Under the pieces are notes generated by a model that was not told the DNA's origin, ran no database searches, and saw nothing but the letters and a program-made list of their open reading frames with translations. A program made the position numbers and the translations under genes. This document shows, piece by piece, positions 1-8,688 of a stretch of 24,866 nucleotides of DNA. Each line of letters begins with the position of its first letter. Position 1 is the first letter of the stretch. The stretch is from a virus (Duplodnaviria; Caudoviricetes), in the IMG/VR virus record IMGVR_UViG_3300005912_000050, positions 1-24,866 of that record. One strand, written 5' to 3'.

Positions 1-1
1 C

Positions 2-265
2 TTGAACGCAATCACAGGCGACTTATGGATTGATCACCTCGGTGATCAAATTAAATGGATCAAAGTTCCAAAGCCGGGGGAGCCATTGCGTAAAGGCTCT
101 TACACGGTAAACGGAATTTCTTGCAATGCAGAAGACCTAGTGCACCCAGCAATATTCCATCACCAGCCATGCGGGCTTAAATTGCTCAAGACATATCCGC
201 GCAAAGATATTACGGTTATTCGCAACGGTGTCTGCATCCAAGAGGGAGAACAAAATGACGATTAA
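2..265 (+). CDS. Hypothetical phage protein, probably 5'-truncated by the window edge
   Basis: Open frame from the window start; its end overlaps the start of the next small gene; no recognisable motif. Confidence 0.55.
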   Translation: MNAITGDLWIDHLGDQIKWIKVPKPGEPLRKGSYTVNGISCNAEDLVHPAIFHHQPCGLKLLKTYPRKDITVIRNGVCIQEGEQNDD

Positions 266-416
266 CAAATTCCGCAGCATCCTCTACGCAACCGCAAAAT
301 ACAGCGGAGACTTGCAAGCCGTAACGTCAAAGCGCAAGGGGTCTATCTCGCGCCGCATCATGCGCCGCATCGCTGGATACTTCACAGGGCGCGCGCTGGG
401 CAGGATGTTTCGGTGA
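255..416 (+). CDS. Small basic hypothetical protein (53 aa)
   Basis: GGGAG RBS at 244-248 before ATG 255; Arg/Lys-rich MTINKFRSILY...GRALGRMFR; directly upstream of terS. Confidence 0.65.
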   Translation: MTINKFRSILYATAKYSGDLQAVTSKRKGSISRRIMRRIAGYFTGRALGRMFR

Positions 417-441
417 CGTCCCTAATGTGGGAGTGGGCTAA

Positions 442-804
442 ATGCAAAAGGTAGGTTTCAAAAACCCCCCTAAAAATAGGCAGTTTGGGCAACCCGAGGG
501 CAACCCAAACGGCAAGACTTCAAAGCAGAAGCTCATGGAGATGGCCAACGCGGAAAAAGCAACTCTGGTTCGAGGGCGATTGCTTGATGCTGTTATTGAG
601 GCCACAGAGGCTGGAGACACTGCGTCTTTGCAATTCATTGAGGCCGGTGTGTTAAAACTGCTTAAGGACGCTGAGGATCGGGGGCTAGGCACTGCGGTGC
701 AGTCAATCAACGTGGAGAGCCCTGACGGCACTATGACGCCTTCCCGCGAGATGTCCGACGCGCAGTTGCAGGCGATTATTGAAGCCAATGCAAAGCCCAA
801 GTGA
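442..804 (+). CDS. terS: Terminase small subunit (DUF5681-like N-terminus)
   Basis: VGFKNPPKNRQFGQPEGNPNGK matches the VGYGxPPxxxxFxxGxSGNPxGR pattern; immediately upstream of and overlapping terL. Confidence 0.8.
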   Translation: MQKVGFKNPPKNRQFGQPEGNPNGKTSKQKLMEMANAEKATLVRGRLLDAVIEATEAGDTASLQFIEAGVLKLLKDAEDRGLGTAVQSINVESPDGTMTPSREMSDAQLQAIIEANAKPK

Positions 805-2191
805 CGCTGCCCAGGAACTGCTAGACCGCCGCCATGCCCGCCGAGACCTGCTGGCGTTCATCCTATACATGAACCCTGATTACATCGTGTCGCAGTTTGC
901 AATTGATGTGTGCCGCGACCTTGGCCAGTTCTACCTAGATGTAGAGTCGGGCAAGCGGCCCGTGCTGGTGTTTGAAGCGCCGCCGCAGCACGGAAAGTCG
1001 GAGATAGTCAGCCGCAACTATCCCGCATGGTTATTTGGGCAGAACCCTAACCTGTCAATCGGTGGGCTTTCATACGGGTCCGACCTTGCCAGCGACATGA
1101 ACCGCGACATTCAAAAGATTATGATGTCGCCAGCATATGCGCGCCTGTTTCCAAGGTCAGCACTTAACGCCAAGCGCGTGGTGACTGTTGAGATAGAGGC
1201 CAAGCGCAACAGCGAGACATTTGAGATTGTGGGCCATGCGGGCAGATACATCGCGCAGGGCGTGGGTGGTCCTCTAACAGGCAAGCGGCTGGACATTGGC
1301 ATCATTGACGATCCGGTCAAGAACGCTCAAGAGGCCCTATCGCCCGCTACGAAAAAGAGCATCTGGAACTGGTATCAGTCAACGTTCAAAACGCGACTAT
1401 CAAAGAACAGCGGGCAGATAATCATGGCAACGCGCTGGGCGCTTGATGATCTATCTGGGCGCGTACTTGAAGCGGACGTGAGGGCCAAGCGCATTACGTT
1501 CCAAGCAATCAATAAGCATGACGAAGCCCTAGTGCCGGATCTGCACCCGGTAGAAAAGCTGCTAGAGACCAAGGCGGGAATGTCGGAGTTCTTCTGGTCT
1601 GCCTTGTATCAGCAAAACCCTATCACGATTGGCGGCGGCATCTTCAAGGATGAATGGTGGCAGTACATAAGCGCACTGCCTGCGATTGAGTGGCGTGGCA
1701 TATATGCCGACACGGCGCTAAAAACCAAAGAGGCAAACGATTATTCGGTGTTTCAGTGCTGGGGCAAGACACAGAGCGGGCAGGCGGTTTGCCTCGACAT
1801 GATCAGGGGCAAGTGGGAAGCGCCGGAATTGCTGGTGCATGCCCGCGCTTTCTACGCCAAGCATAAGGCCATATTAGGTCTAGGCACGTTGCGCCACATG
1901 AAGGTTGAGGATAAGGCAAGCGGCACGGGCTTGATCCAAACGCTAAAGCGTGAGGGCATCCCGATTCTTGCAATCCCGCGCCATATTGACAAGCTAACGC
2001 GCTCACATGACGCATCCCCTTTAATTCAGAACGGAAACGTGATACTTCTAGAGGGACTGCCACACTTGTCCGACATGCTCGCAGAGGCATCGGCATTCCC
2101 AAACGGATCACATGATGATACGCTCGACCCCATGATGGACGCTGTGGCTGATATTTGTCGCGGATCGACCCAAACTTTCGGAGTGCTGTAG
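788..2191 (+). CDS. terL: Terminase large subunit
   Basis: Walker A PPQHGKSE, Walker B IGIIDDP, coupling motif MATRW, RNase H-like nuclease residues (YADTA, VEDKASG, HDDTLD). ATG at 788 preferred over TTG at 779. Confidence 0.97.
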   Translation: MQSPSDAAQELLDRRHARRDLLAFILYMNPDYIVSQFAIDVCRDLGQFYLDVESGKRPVLVFEAPPQHGKSEIVSRNYPAWLFGQNPNLSIGGLSYGSDLASDMNRDIQKIMMSPAYARLFPRSALNAKRVVTVEIEAKRNSETFEIVGHAGRYIAQGVGGPLTGKRLDIGIIDDPVKNAQEALSPATKKSIWNWYQSTFKTRLSKNSGQIIMATRWALDDLSGRVLEADVRAKRITFQAINKHDEALVPDLHPVEKLLETKAGMSEFFWSALYQQNPITIGGGIFKDEWWQYISALPAIEWRGIYADTALKTKEANDYSVFQCWGKTQSGQAVCLDMIRGKWEAPELLVHARAFYAKHKAILGLGTLRHMKVEDKASGTGLIQTLKREGIPILAIPRHIDKLTRSHDASPLIQNGNVILLEGLPHLSDMLAEASAFPNGSHDDTLDPMMDAVADICRGSTQTFGVL

Positions 2192-3430
2192 ATGTGGCCA
2201 TTTTCCAAACCGCTTGAAGCCAAGGACAACCCTGTCGGCGCTGCCTATATGGTTTCCAGCGGGCCAGTCTGGGCGCGGCAGAGCGGCAAGCGGGCATATG
2301 TGGACGAAGGCTATCAGATGAACGTTATCGTTTATCGAGCCCTTCGAGAGATTGTGCAGGCCGCTGTATCCATCAAAATCGAGCTGCACCAAGGCGACAA
2401 GATCCTCGACACACACCCCGCGCTAGACTTGCTCAAGCGGCCTAACGTGCTGCAATCCTATGGCCAGTGGGTTTCAGAAATGATCGTCAATCGCAACCTG
2501 TTTGGCGAGACGTTTGCCGTTGGAACGGTTGGCCCCAAGTTCGCTGAACTGTGGCCAATGAACCCGCTTGATATGGTGATCAAGCCAAGCACCTACGGCA
2601 TACCATTGGCCTATTGCCATGAGAAGAACAGCAAGGAACAGTATTTCGCCGTTGACCGGATCACGGGCCGAAGCGATGTGTTCTTTCTCAAGATGTATAA
2701 TCCTAACGACTACTGGCGCGGGCAATCTCCCCTCATGGCTGCTGCGCTTGCCGCTGATACTCACAACGCGGGCAGCAAGTGGAACTATTCGCTGCTGCGA
2801 AACAGCGCGCGCCCGTCCGGCCTGATCCGGTTCAAGGGCGGCTATCCTGCGGGCGAGATGATTGCGCGCATGAAGGAATATTTCAAGGACGCGCTTCAAG
2901 GCGCAGACAATAGCGGATCGGTTCCGATGCTTGCCGATGATGCCGAGTTTGTGGAGATGTCCAAGACGCCCGTTGACATGGATTTCCTGAACACCATGCG
3001 TGAGACTGGCAAGTATGTGGCGTCAGCGTTTGGCGTTCCCTTGCCACTGATCGACAACGACGCCTCAACGTTCAACAATTACGAACAGGCCAAGGAACGG
3101 CTCTACACCGATACCGTTATTCCGATGATGCAGGAGTTCATTGGCGCGCTTGGCCACTGGATGCTGCCCGCGTATGGCGACAACCTTGAGTTCAAGCTGG
3201 ACCTTGACAGCATCCCGGCGCTGGAAGGCTTGCGTGAAAAGATGTTCGCGCGGTCCGTGCTGGCGTTTGAAAAGGGCGTGCTGACCCGTCAGGAAAGCCG
3301 GATAATGATGGGCTTTCCAGCTGAGGGTGAGGGCGAGTTTAACCCAGCAATGGCCGCAGGCATGTTTGACCTGCCAGCGGATGAACTCAAGGCGCTTGCT
3401 TATGGGCTTGCTGACCTTGAGCGCAAGTAA
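2192..3430 (+). CDS. Portal protein, HK97 family
   Basis: 412 aa directly after terL; motifs YxxNVIVYRA, GQSPL, NSARPSG, AFGVP, STFNNYEQA. Confidence 0.95.
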   Translation: MWPFSKPLEAKDNPVGAAYMVSSGPVWARQSGKRAYVDEGYQMNVIVYRALREIVQAAVSIKIELHQGDKILDTHPALDLLKRPNVLQSYGQWVSEMIVNRNLFGETFAVGTVGPKFAELWPMNPLDMVIKPSTYGIPLAYCHEKNSKEQYFAVDRITGRSDVFFLKMYNPNDYWRGQSPLMAAALAADTHNAGSKWNYSLLRNSARPSGLIRFKGGYPAGEMIARMKEYFKDALQGADNSGSVPMLADDAEFVEMSKTPVDMDFLNTMRETGKYVASAFGVPLPLIDNDASTFNNYEQAKERLYTDTVIPMMQEFIGALGHWMLPAYGDNLEFKLDLDSIPALEGLREKMFARSVLAFEKGVLTRQESRIMMGFPAEGEGEFNPAMAAGMFDLPADELKALAYGLADLERK

Positions 3431-4212
3431 TGGCCCGCACACCCGCATTCATCACGCATGACCCCAAGCGGGAGGCGCAGATACAGTCACGGCTGCTGGA
3501 CGCGCTTGAGGCAAGGTTCCGGCGCAGGATAGCCAAGGTGCTGGCCAAAGAAGCGGCGGGGCTGCTGGCGCGCTACCGTGAGTTAGGCTTTGTGCCACCA
3601 CCCGATAATGACGACGAGCGGGCCGTGCGTGACGTCTACATGGAAATCGGCTTGCGATCTGCGCGGGTATTTGGCGCGCGTGTGATCGGCGACGGCAAGG
3701 CTCGAGGCCATGTGCTTGAGGTCAAGTTTTCATTTGCGGATTTCTTTCGGGGCGTGGCGACCGGCTGGATCAATCAAGAGGCTATCCGCAGGCGTATTAC
3801 GAGCGTCACAGAAACTGTGCGGGCGCAGATCGTCAGACAGGTAGAAAAGGGGCAGGCCGAAGGGCTTGGAACTGACGCAATAGCGCGCCTAATCCGCAAG
3901 CGCATTCCGGCTGACTCACTCACCAACGCTGCAAGGATTGCCCGCACTGAAACGCACGGGGCGGCAAACTACGCCATGCACGAGACGGCCAAGCAGACCG
4001 GCCTAACGCTGGTTAAGGAATGGGTGGCGGCTGAGGATAAAAGAACACGAACAGAGCATATCAACGCCAACGGGCAGACAAAGGCGATGGATGAACCGTT
4101 TATCGTTGGCGGCGAGCCGTTGATGTATCCTGGCGATTCATCGGGCCGCGCGTGGAACACCATTAACTGCCGATGTGCTGTCATTCACCGCGTGGCTGAT
4201 CCTGATTTCTAA
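3430..4212 (+). CDS. Minor head/head morphogenesis protein (SPP1 gp7 / Mu F-like)
   Basis: ARIARTETH, KEWVAAEDKRTRTEH, YPGD and INCRC motifs; TAATG overlap with the portal stop. Confidence 0.92.
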   Translation: MARTPAFITHDPKREAQIQSRLLDALEARFRRRIAKVLAKEAAGLLARYRELGFVPPPDNDDERAVRDVYMEIGLRSARVFGARVIGDGKARGHVLEVKFSFADFFRGVATGWINQEAIRRRITSVTETVRAQIVRQVEKGQAEGLGTDAIARLIRKRIPADSLTNAARIARTETHGAANYAMHETAKQTGLTLVKEWVAAEDKRTRTEHINANGQTKAMDEPFIVGGEPLMYPGDSSGRAWNTINCRCAVIHRVADPDF

Positions 4213-4229
4213 CCCCACACATCATAGGG

Positions 4230-4266
4230 TTTGCAACTTTGCAGAACTGTGCTAGAACTTTGCAAA
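4230..4266 (+). promoter_or_regulatory. Putative late promoter/operator element, copy 1
   Basis: TTTGCAACTTTGCAGAACTGTGCTAGAACTTTGCAAA in the intergenic gap; TTGCAA-N16-TAGAAC with a TGn extension; 31/37 identical to 9114-9150. Confidence 0.75.
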
Positions 4267-4311
4267 CGGCTGTCGTGAGACATCCTATTCCCTTTGATGG
4301 AGCTACCTTGC

Positions 4312-5034
4312 ATGTCGGACGCCACCGCATACCTCGAAAGCAAAGACAGCGCTGCTACCCTTGAGGTCAAGCTAGCCCCGTTGCAAATCAAGGCGGGCGT
4401 TGAAGACGAGGACTTTCTCACAATTTCAGGCTATGGCAGCGTGTTCGGTAATGAGGACATGGGCGGCGATATGGTCATGCAGGGCGCGTTCCTTGACAGC
4501 ATCGCCAGCGGTCGCAAGGTCAAGATGCTATACCAGCACGACACTGCGCAAGTGATCGGCGTTTTTGACAGCATGTCGGAGGATAGCTACGGCCTAAAGA
4601 TGCAAGGCCGGATCAGCAAGAAGTTTGGCAAAGGTGCTGAGGTTGCAGAACTCATTAAGATGGGCGCGATTGAGGGCTTGTCGATTGGCTTCCGCACCAA
4701 AGAATACTCCATGGACGAGGAAACGGGCCAGCGCAAGTTGACCAAGCTGGACCTGTTTGAGGTGTCGGTTGTTACGTTCCCAATGAACGAACTAGCCAGC
4801 ATCACCGGCATGAAATCAGAGAACATGACGGAGCGCGATATTGAGCGCACGTTTAAGGATATGGGCTACTCAAATCGTATGGCTAAGGTCATGGCGGGTG
4901 GCGCATGGAAGGGCCGGGACGAAGTTCTGCGAGACGCAGACGGTGCCAGTCCAGAAGTTAATCAGCGGGACGTTGATGACCTCAAAGCACTTTTGAAATC
5001 AATCACGCAAACGAAAGGGACATTAAATGTCTGA
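4312..5034 (+). CDS. Prohead maturation protease, HK97 family
   Basis: GYGSVFG, MLYQHD (catalytic His), GLSIGF (catalytic Ser), EVSVVTFPMN; GGAG RBS before ATG 4312. Confidence 0.95.
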   Translation: MSDATAYLESKDSAATLEVKLAPLQIKAGVEDEDFLTISGYGSVFGNEDMGGDMVMQGAFLDSIASGRKVKMLYQHDTAQVIGVFDSMSEDSYGLKMQGRISKKFGKGAEVAELIKMGAIEGLSIGFRTKEYSMDEETGQRKLTKLDLFEVSVVTFPMNELASITGMKSENMTERDIERTFKDMGYSNRMAKVMAGGAWKGRDEVLRDADGASPEVNQRDVDDLKALLKSITQTKGTLNV

Positions 5035-6253
5035 CTTTGCAGAAATCAAAGGGCTGGTTGAAAAAATCAATCCCGTCCTTGTTGAACTTCGCGGAGAGAT
5101 CGACGGCTTGAAAGCAAATAAGCCCGTTGATGTTGTCACCGAAGAAAAGCACAACAAAATGGTTGAAAGCATTACCGCCGGAATGGCTGAGATGCAGGCC
5201 AAGCAAGCCAAGATTGAGGCAGCTTTACAGCGCCCCGGTTCTGACGGTAAAAGCGACCGCGACACCGAAATTGAAACCAAGCACGGCGAAGCGTTCCAGT
5301 CGTATATGCGCACTGGCCAAATGCCTGCCGGGTTCAAGGTTTCGTCCGACGGCATCGAAATCAAGGCCATGTCAACTGACGTGAACCCTGACGGCGGTTA
5401 TCTGGTCCGGCCCGAACTGTCGAACAACATCATCACGCGCATATTTGAAACGTCGCCCCTGCGCGCCGTTGCCAATGTTGAGCGGACTGGTGCCAAGAGC
5501 ATCGACATTCTGATTGACGATCAGGAAGCCGCTGCGCGTTGGGCTGGTGAGGGTGCATCCGGTGGTGCAACTGACACGCCGGAATTGGGCCAGAAGGTTC
5601 TGACCGCGCACAAGATCGAAGCCGATCCGCGCATCACGACCGAGATGCTGGAAGACAGCTACCTCAACATCGAGGCATGGCTGTCTGGCAAGGTCGCGGA
5701 CAAGTTTGCACGCACGCAGAATACCGCCTTTCTTGTCGGCACTGGTGTAGGCCAGCCCCGTGGGTTCCTGACCTACCCGGCACAGGCAACCTCCGGCACC
5801 TACGAGCGCGGCGCAATCAACCAAGTCAACATGGGTTCAGCTGCTGCGCTGAATGCTGATGGCCTAATTGCCCTGCAAAACTCGCTCAAGGAAGCGTATC
5901 AGCCCGCCGCCGTATTCGGGATGAAGCGCGCAACCTTTGGCCAGGCGTTGAAGCTGAAAGGGGCTGACAATTACTTCTTTAGCCCGGTTCTGTTGCGTGA
6001 TGGGCAGGCCACCATGCAGCTTCTGGGCAAGTCGGTTGTGTTCATGGATGACATGCCAGCAGTCGGTGCCAATGCTCTGGCAATCGTCTATGCCGACTTC
6101 GGGACGGCCTATACGATCCTCGACCGTGTAGGGGTGCAGGTTCTGCGCGATCCATTCACGAACAAGGGTTTCATCACCTACTACACAACCCAACGTGTGG
6201 GCGGCGATGTGACCTCCTTTGATGCGATCAGCATCGGAAAGGTAGCTGCATAA
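5027..6253 (+). CDS. Major capsid protein, HK97 fold, with N-terminal delta (scaffold) domain
   Basis: Coiled-coil N-terminal ~113 aa, then DGGYLV, GTGVGQPRGFL, LLGKSV, YADF, RVGGDV. Confidence 0.97.
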   Translation: MSDFAEIKGLVEKINPVLVELRGEIDGLKANKPVDVVTEEKHNKMVESITAGMAEMQAKQAKIEAALQRPGSDGKSDRDTEIETKHGEAFQSYMRTGQMPAGFKVSSDGIEIKAMSTDVNPDGGYLVRPELSNNIITRIFETSPLRAVANVERTGAKSIDILIDDQEAAARWAGEGASGGATDTPELGQKVLTAHKIEADPRITTEMLEDSYLNIEAWLSGKVADKFARTQNTAFLVGTGVGQPRGFLTYPAQATSGTYERGAINQVNMGSAAALNADGLIALQNSLKEAYQPAAVFGMKRATFGQALKLKGADNYFFSPVLLRDGQATMQLLGKSVVFMDDMPAVGANALAIVYADFGTAYTILDRVGVQVLRDPFTNKGFITYYTTQRVGGDVTSFDAISIGKVAA

Positions 6254-6702
6254 TGGCACAGTTTGATACACGCAACGACGCGGAATATGGGCTTGCTCTG
6301 GGCGCTGTTCTGTCCGGCACCGCAAAGGCATCCGGCCCATGGATCGACATGCAGGGCTGGGAGGCTGTCACGTTTACAGTCGCCACTGGCGTTGTGACCG
6401 ATGCAGGCGCGGCTGGTGGGTTTGCTTTCCAAATGGAAGAAAGCGACAGTACGGCGTCGGCTGATGCAACTGCGGTTTCTGATAGTGATCTGATCGGGCT
6501 GGAATCGGCGCTGACTGTTACGGCAGACACCGACGACAACAAGCTGATTGGCTCCATCGGCTATCGCGGCGGCAAGCGTTATGTCCGCATGACAGCCACA
6601 GGCACAACCGGCACAGACGCCGCTGTCAGTGTGGCTGCCATCAAGCGCATGGGCGCGGTAATGGGCGTTGCGTCAATCGACGCAGGCACCGCCGCAACCT
6701 AA
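6253..6702 (+). CDS. Putative capsid decoration/cement protein
   Basis: TAATG-coupled to the capsid gene and upstream of the terminator; Ala/Gly/Thr-rich beta-type sequence (IDMQGWEAVTF, GYRGGKRYVR). Function inferred from position. Confidence 0.6.
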   Translation: MAQFDTRNDAEYGLALGAVLSGTAKASGPWIDMQGWEAVTFTVATGVVTDAGAAGGFAFQMEESDSTASADATAVSDSDLIGLESALTVTADTDDNKLIGSIGYRGGKRYVRMTATGTTGTDAAVSVAAIKRMGAVMGVASIDAGTAAT

Positions 6703-6710
6703 GTTTATCG

Positions 6711-6739
6711 AGGGGCTGGCCACGGCTGGCCCCTTTAAT
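6711..6739 (+). terminator. Putative intrinsic terminator after the capsid/decoration genes
   Basis: Stem AGGGGCTGGC / GCTGGCCCCT (10 bp, two G-U pairs), loop CACG, followed by a short T/A-rich tail; probably leaky. Confidence 0.7.
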
Positions 6740-6756
6740 AAGCATAGGGGCATCCC

Positions 6757-7395
6757 ATGAGATACAATCGCAAATCCGCCTACATCACCTTATCAAATGA
6801 CAGCCCTGCAATTAGCGCGGCGCTGATGAAGTCGTTTTTGCGCGTTGATGGCGATGGCGACAACGACATCATAGCGGCCTATGTCACAAGCGCGACTGAG
6901 GCGGTAAAGCAATATACCCGCACGGCGATCTTGACCGAGACGTTTGTATTCAAAGCTGATGGCTTTGTGCAGGGCGGCGGTGACGATAGGCTGCTGGCGT
7001 TGGGGCCTGGAGTTCACACCGGATCGCGGCCCTATATTCTGGGCGGCGGTGATACGTTTGACGTAGCATTCCCGCCGCTGCAATCTGTCACAAGCGTGGT
7101 GACGTTTGACCGGGGCAATAATTCACGGACGTTTGACAGCGCAGGCTATCGGGTTGACCTGCAAAGCGGGCGGATCTACCTCAACGAAGGCGTGACGTTC
7201 CCCACTGACATGCGCGCGCAAGACGCGGTGCAGATCACCTATGTTGCGGGCTACGGATCGGGCAGTATTCCCGCGCCGATCCTTGAGGCTATCCGCATGT
7301 ACGTCACGCAGCTTTATGACGGCTGTTCTGGCATGACCAATGAAGCGCGGCATATGCTGGCACCCTATCGGCGCATGGATGAACTGGCGTGGTAG
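6757..7395 (+). CDS. Head-tail connector/adaptor (HK97 gp6 / phiE125 gp8-like)
   Basis: KSFLRVD...DIIAAYVTSATEAV, ITYVAGYG, IPAPILEAI, LAPYRR; expected position. Confidence 0.88.
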   Translation: MRYNRKSAYITLSNDSPAISAALMKSFLRVDGDGDNDIIAAYVTSATEAVKQYTRTAILTETFVFKADGFVQGGGDDRLLALGPGVHTGSRPYILGGGDTFDVAFPPLQSVTSVVTFDRGNNSRTFDSAGYRVDLQSGRIYLNEGVTFPTDMRAQDAVQITYVAGYGSGSIPAPILEAIRMYVTQLYDGCSGMTNEARHMLAPYRRMDELAW

Positions 7396-7739
7396 GCTGT
7401 TGTTCCAAATACAACGCGCGTATGCTTCGGGAGCCTGTCACATTTCAACGCCTGACGCGCACCCCAGACGGCGCAGGCGGCTTTGCTGAGGCATGGGCCG
7501 CTATCACTGGAGCACCTACGCGGGCGATGGTTAAGCCTATGTCTGGTGGGGAGCGCTTCCAGTCTCAGCGCACAGAGGCAACATCTACGCATAAGGTTGT
7601 GGTGCGATACTTCGCAGACCTAACTGAGGTTGACCGTGCCGTTGTGCGTGGGCGCGCGTATCAGGTGCGGTTTATCAACAACGTGGATTTTGACGATAAG
7701 TGGCTTGAAATCAGCGCGGAAGTTGGAGTGGCAACCTAA
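7389..7739 (+). CDS. Head closure protein (SPP1 gp16-like head-tail adaptor)
   Basis: LREPVTFQ...PDGAGG...W, THKVVVRY, GRAYQV; expected position. Confidence 0.88.
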   Translation: MVGCCSKYNARMLREPVTFQRLTRTPDGAGGFAEAWAAITGAPTRAMVKPMSGGERFQSQRTEATSTHKVVVRYFADLTEVDRAVVRGRAYQVRFINNVDFDDKWLEISAEVGVAT

Positions 7740-8164
7740 TGGCCCAAAGTAATATCACTTGCGGCATCGCGTATTTCTTTCAGAACTTTGCGACCGCAGC
7801 TGGGTATGCTAAGAAAAAAGCTGTCAGGGTAACTTGCAAGCCCCTTAATAGTCACGCCAGCAAGGCCGTGTTTCAACACATTCTGAGCGCGAATGCTAAC
7901 TGCAAGTTCTATGGCTTCACTGTCTTGGCATGTTTTCGGTTGCTTTTGCGTCTTGTAAAGCGCGGCAATTTTGCGAAGCCGTTCATCCTCTTGCGCCCGT
8001 GCAGGCGTTTCTTGCAAGTAATCAATCTGGCGGCGAAGTATCTGGCGCACACGTTCGCGGGTTATCCCATTGGCTTGAGCAATGTAATCAAGAGTTTTCC
8101 CCTCAACTCTGGCGGTCATTATTCTGATGTTGCGTTGCGCAGTCTGTCCGTCAATCCGGGCCAT
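7736..8164 (-). CDS. Sigma70 region-4-like HTH fused to an RNA polymerase alpha-CTD-like domain (142 aa)
   Basis: TLDYIAQANGITRERVRQI resembles RpoD region 4.2 (TLEEVGxxFxVTRERIRQI). ELAVSIRAQNVLK...IKGL...FLSIPSCGRKVLKEIRD resembles alpha-CTD (LELTVRSANCLK...IGDL...LLKTPNLGKKSLTEIKD). ATG 8164 with a GGA RBS. Confidence 0.85.
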   Translation of the reverse strand: MARIDGQTAQRNIRIMTARVEGKTLDYIAQANGITRERVRQILRRQIDYLQETPARAQEDERLRKIAALYKTQKQPKTCQDSEAIELAVSIRAQNVLKHGLAGVTIKGLASYPDSFFLSIPSCGRKVLKEIRDAASDITLGH

Positions 8165-8254
8165 AATATTTCCATAAAAATTGATCCTGAAACATACTTG
8201 CATTGCAAGCCCGACAGGTCAACAGTCTTTTGTATTTTTGGGGTGGCGGTATGA
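7739..8254 (+). other. Antisense-overlapping 'bridge' ORF (171 codons); coding status uncertain
   Basis: Starts in TAATG at the head-closure stop (GGAG at 7725-7728) and ends in ATGA at the gp10 start; no recognisable protein features. Confidence 0.3.
8194..8222 (-). promoter_or_regulatory. Putative sigma70-type promoter for the antisense gene, with an overlapping palindrome
   Basis: Minus strand TTGACC (8222-8217), 17-nt spacer, TGc-AAGTAT (8199-8194); palindrome CTTGCA-T-TGCAAG at 8197-8209. Confidence 0.55.
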
Positions 8255-8688
8255 GCCTAGAGCTAAAGATTGAAGGCATGGCAGAGCTTCAGGCCGCGTT
8301 GCGCAGGGCCAGCGCAGAGGCGCAAGAGGCGGTAGGTGTTGCGGTGATAGGCACGGCTATGGAATTGCGCGGCGACATTGTGAAGCGCATTCAGGACGGG
8401 CCAGCAACGGGGCGCATATACGTTCGCGGCGGGGTTGAGCATCAAGCGTCCAGCGGCGAAGCGAAAGAGGCACCAGCGTCAGACACAGGTCGGCTTGCTG
8501 GCAGCGTTATATTCGACAAGACCGGCCCTATGTCTGCAACGGTTGGCAGTGATTTGGTCTATGCGGCTGTCCTTGAATTTGGAAGTGGGCGTATTGATCC
8601 TCGCCCCGCATGGGTCCCAGCGATTGAAAAGATCACGCCAAAATATATTGCCAGACTGGAAAGGGCATTAAGGGGATCGCTCAGATGA
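8251..8688 (+). CDS. HK97 gp10-family neck/tail component
   Basis: IEGMAELQAAL, HQAS...EAPASDTGRLAGS, YAAVLEFGS...PRPAWVPA. Confidence 0.88.
   Translation: MSLELKIEGMAELQAALRRASAEAQEAVGVAVIGTAMELRGDIVKRIQDGPATGRIYVRGGVEHQASSGEAKEAPASDTGRLAGSVIFDKTGPMSATVGSDLVYAAVLEFGSGRIDPRPAWVPAIEKITPKYIARLERALRGSLR

Noticed and set aside
7736-8164. HNH homing endonuclease or IS element as the identity of the insert
   Set aside because: No HNH, GIY-YIG or DDE motifs and no terminal inverted repeats; the sequence fits sigma4 plus alpha-CTD.
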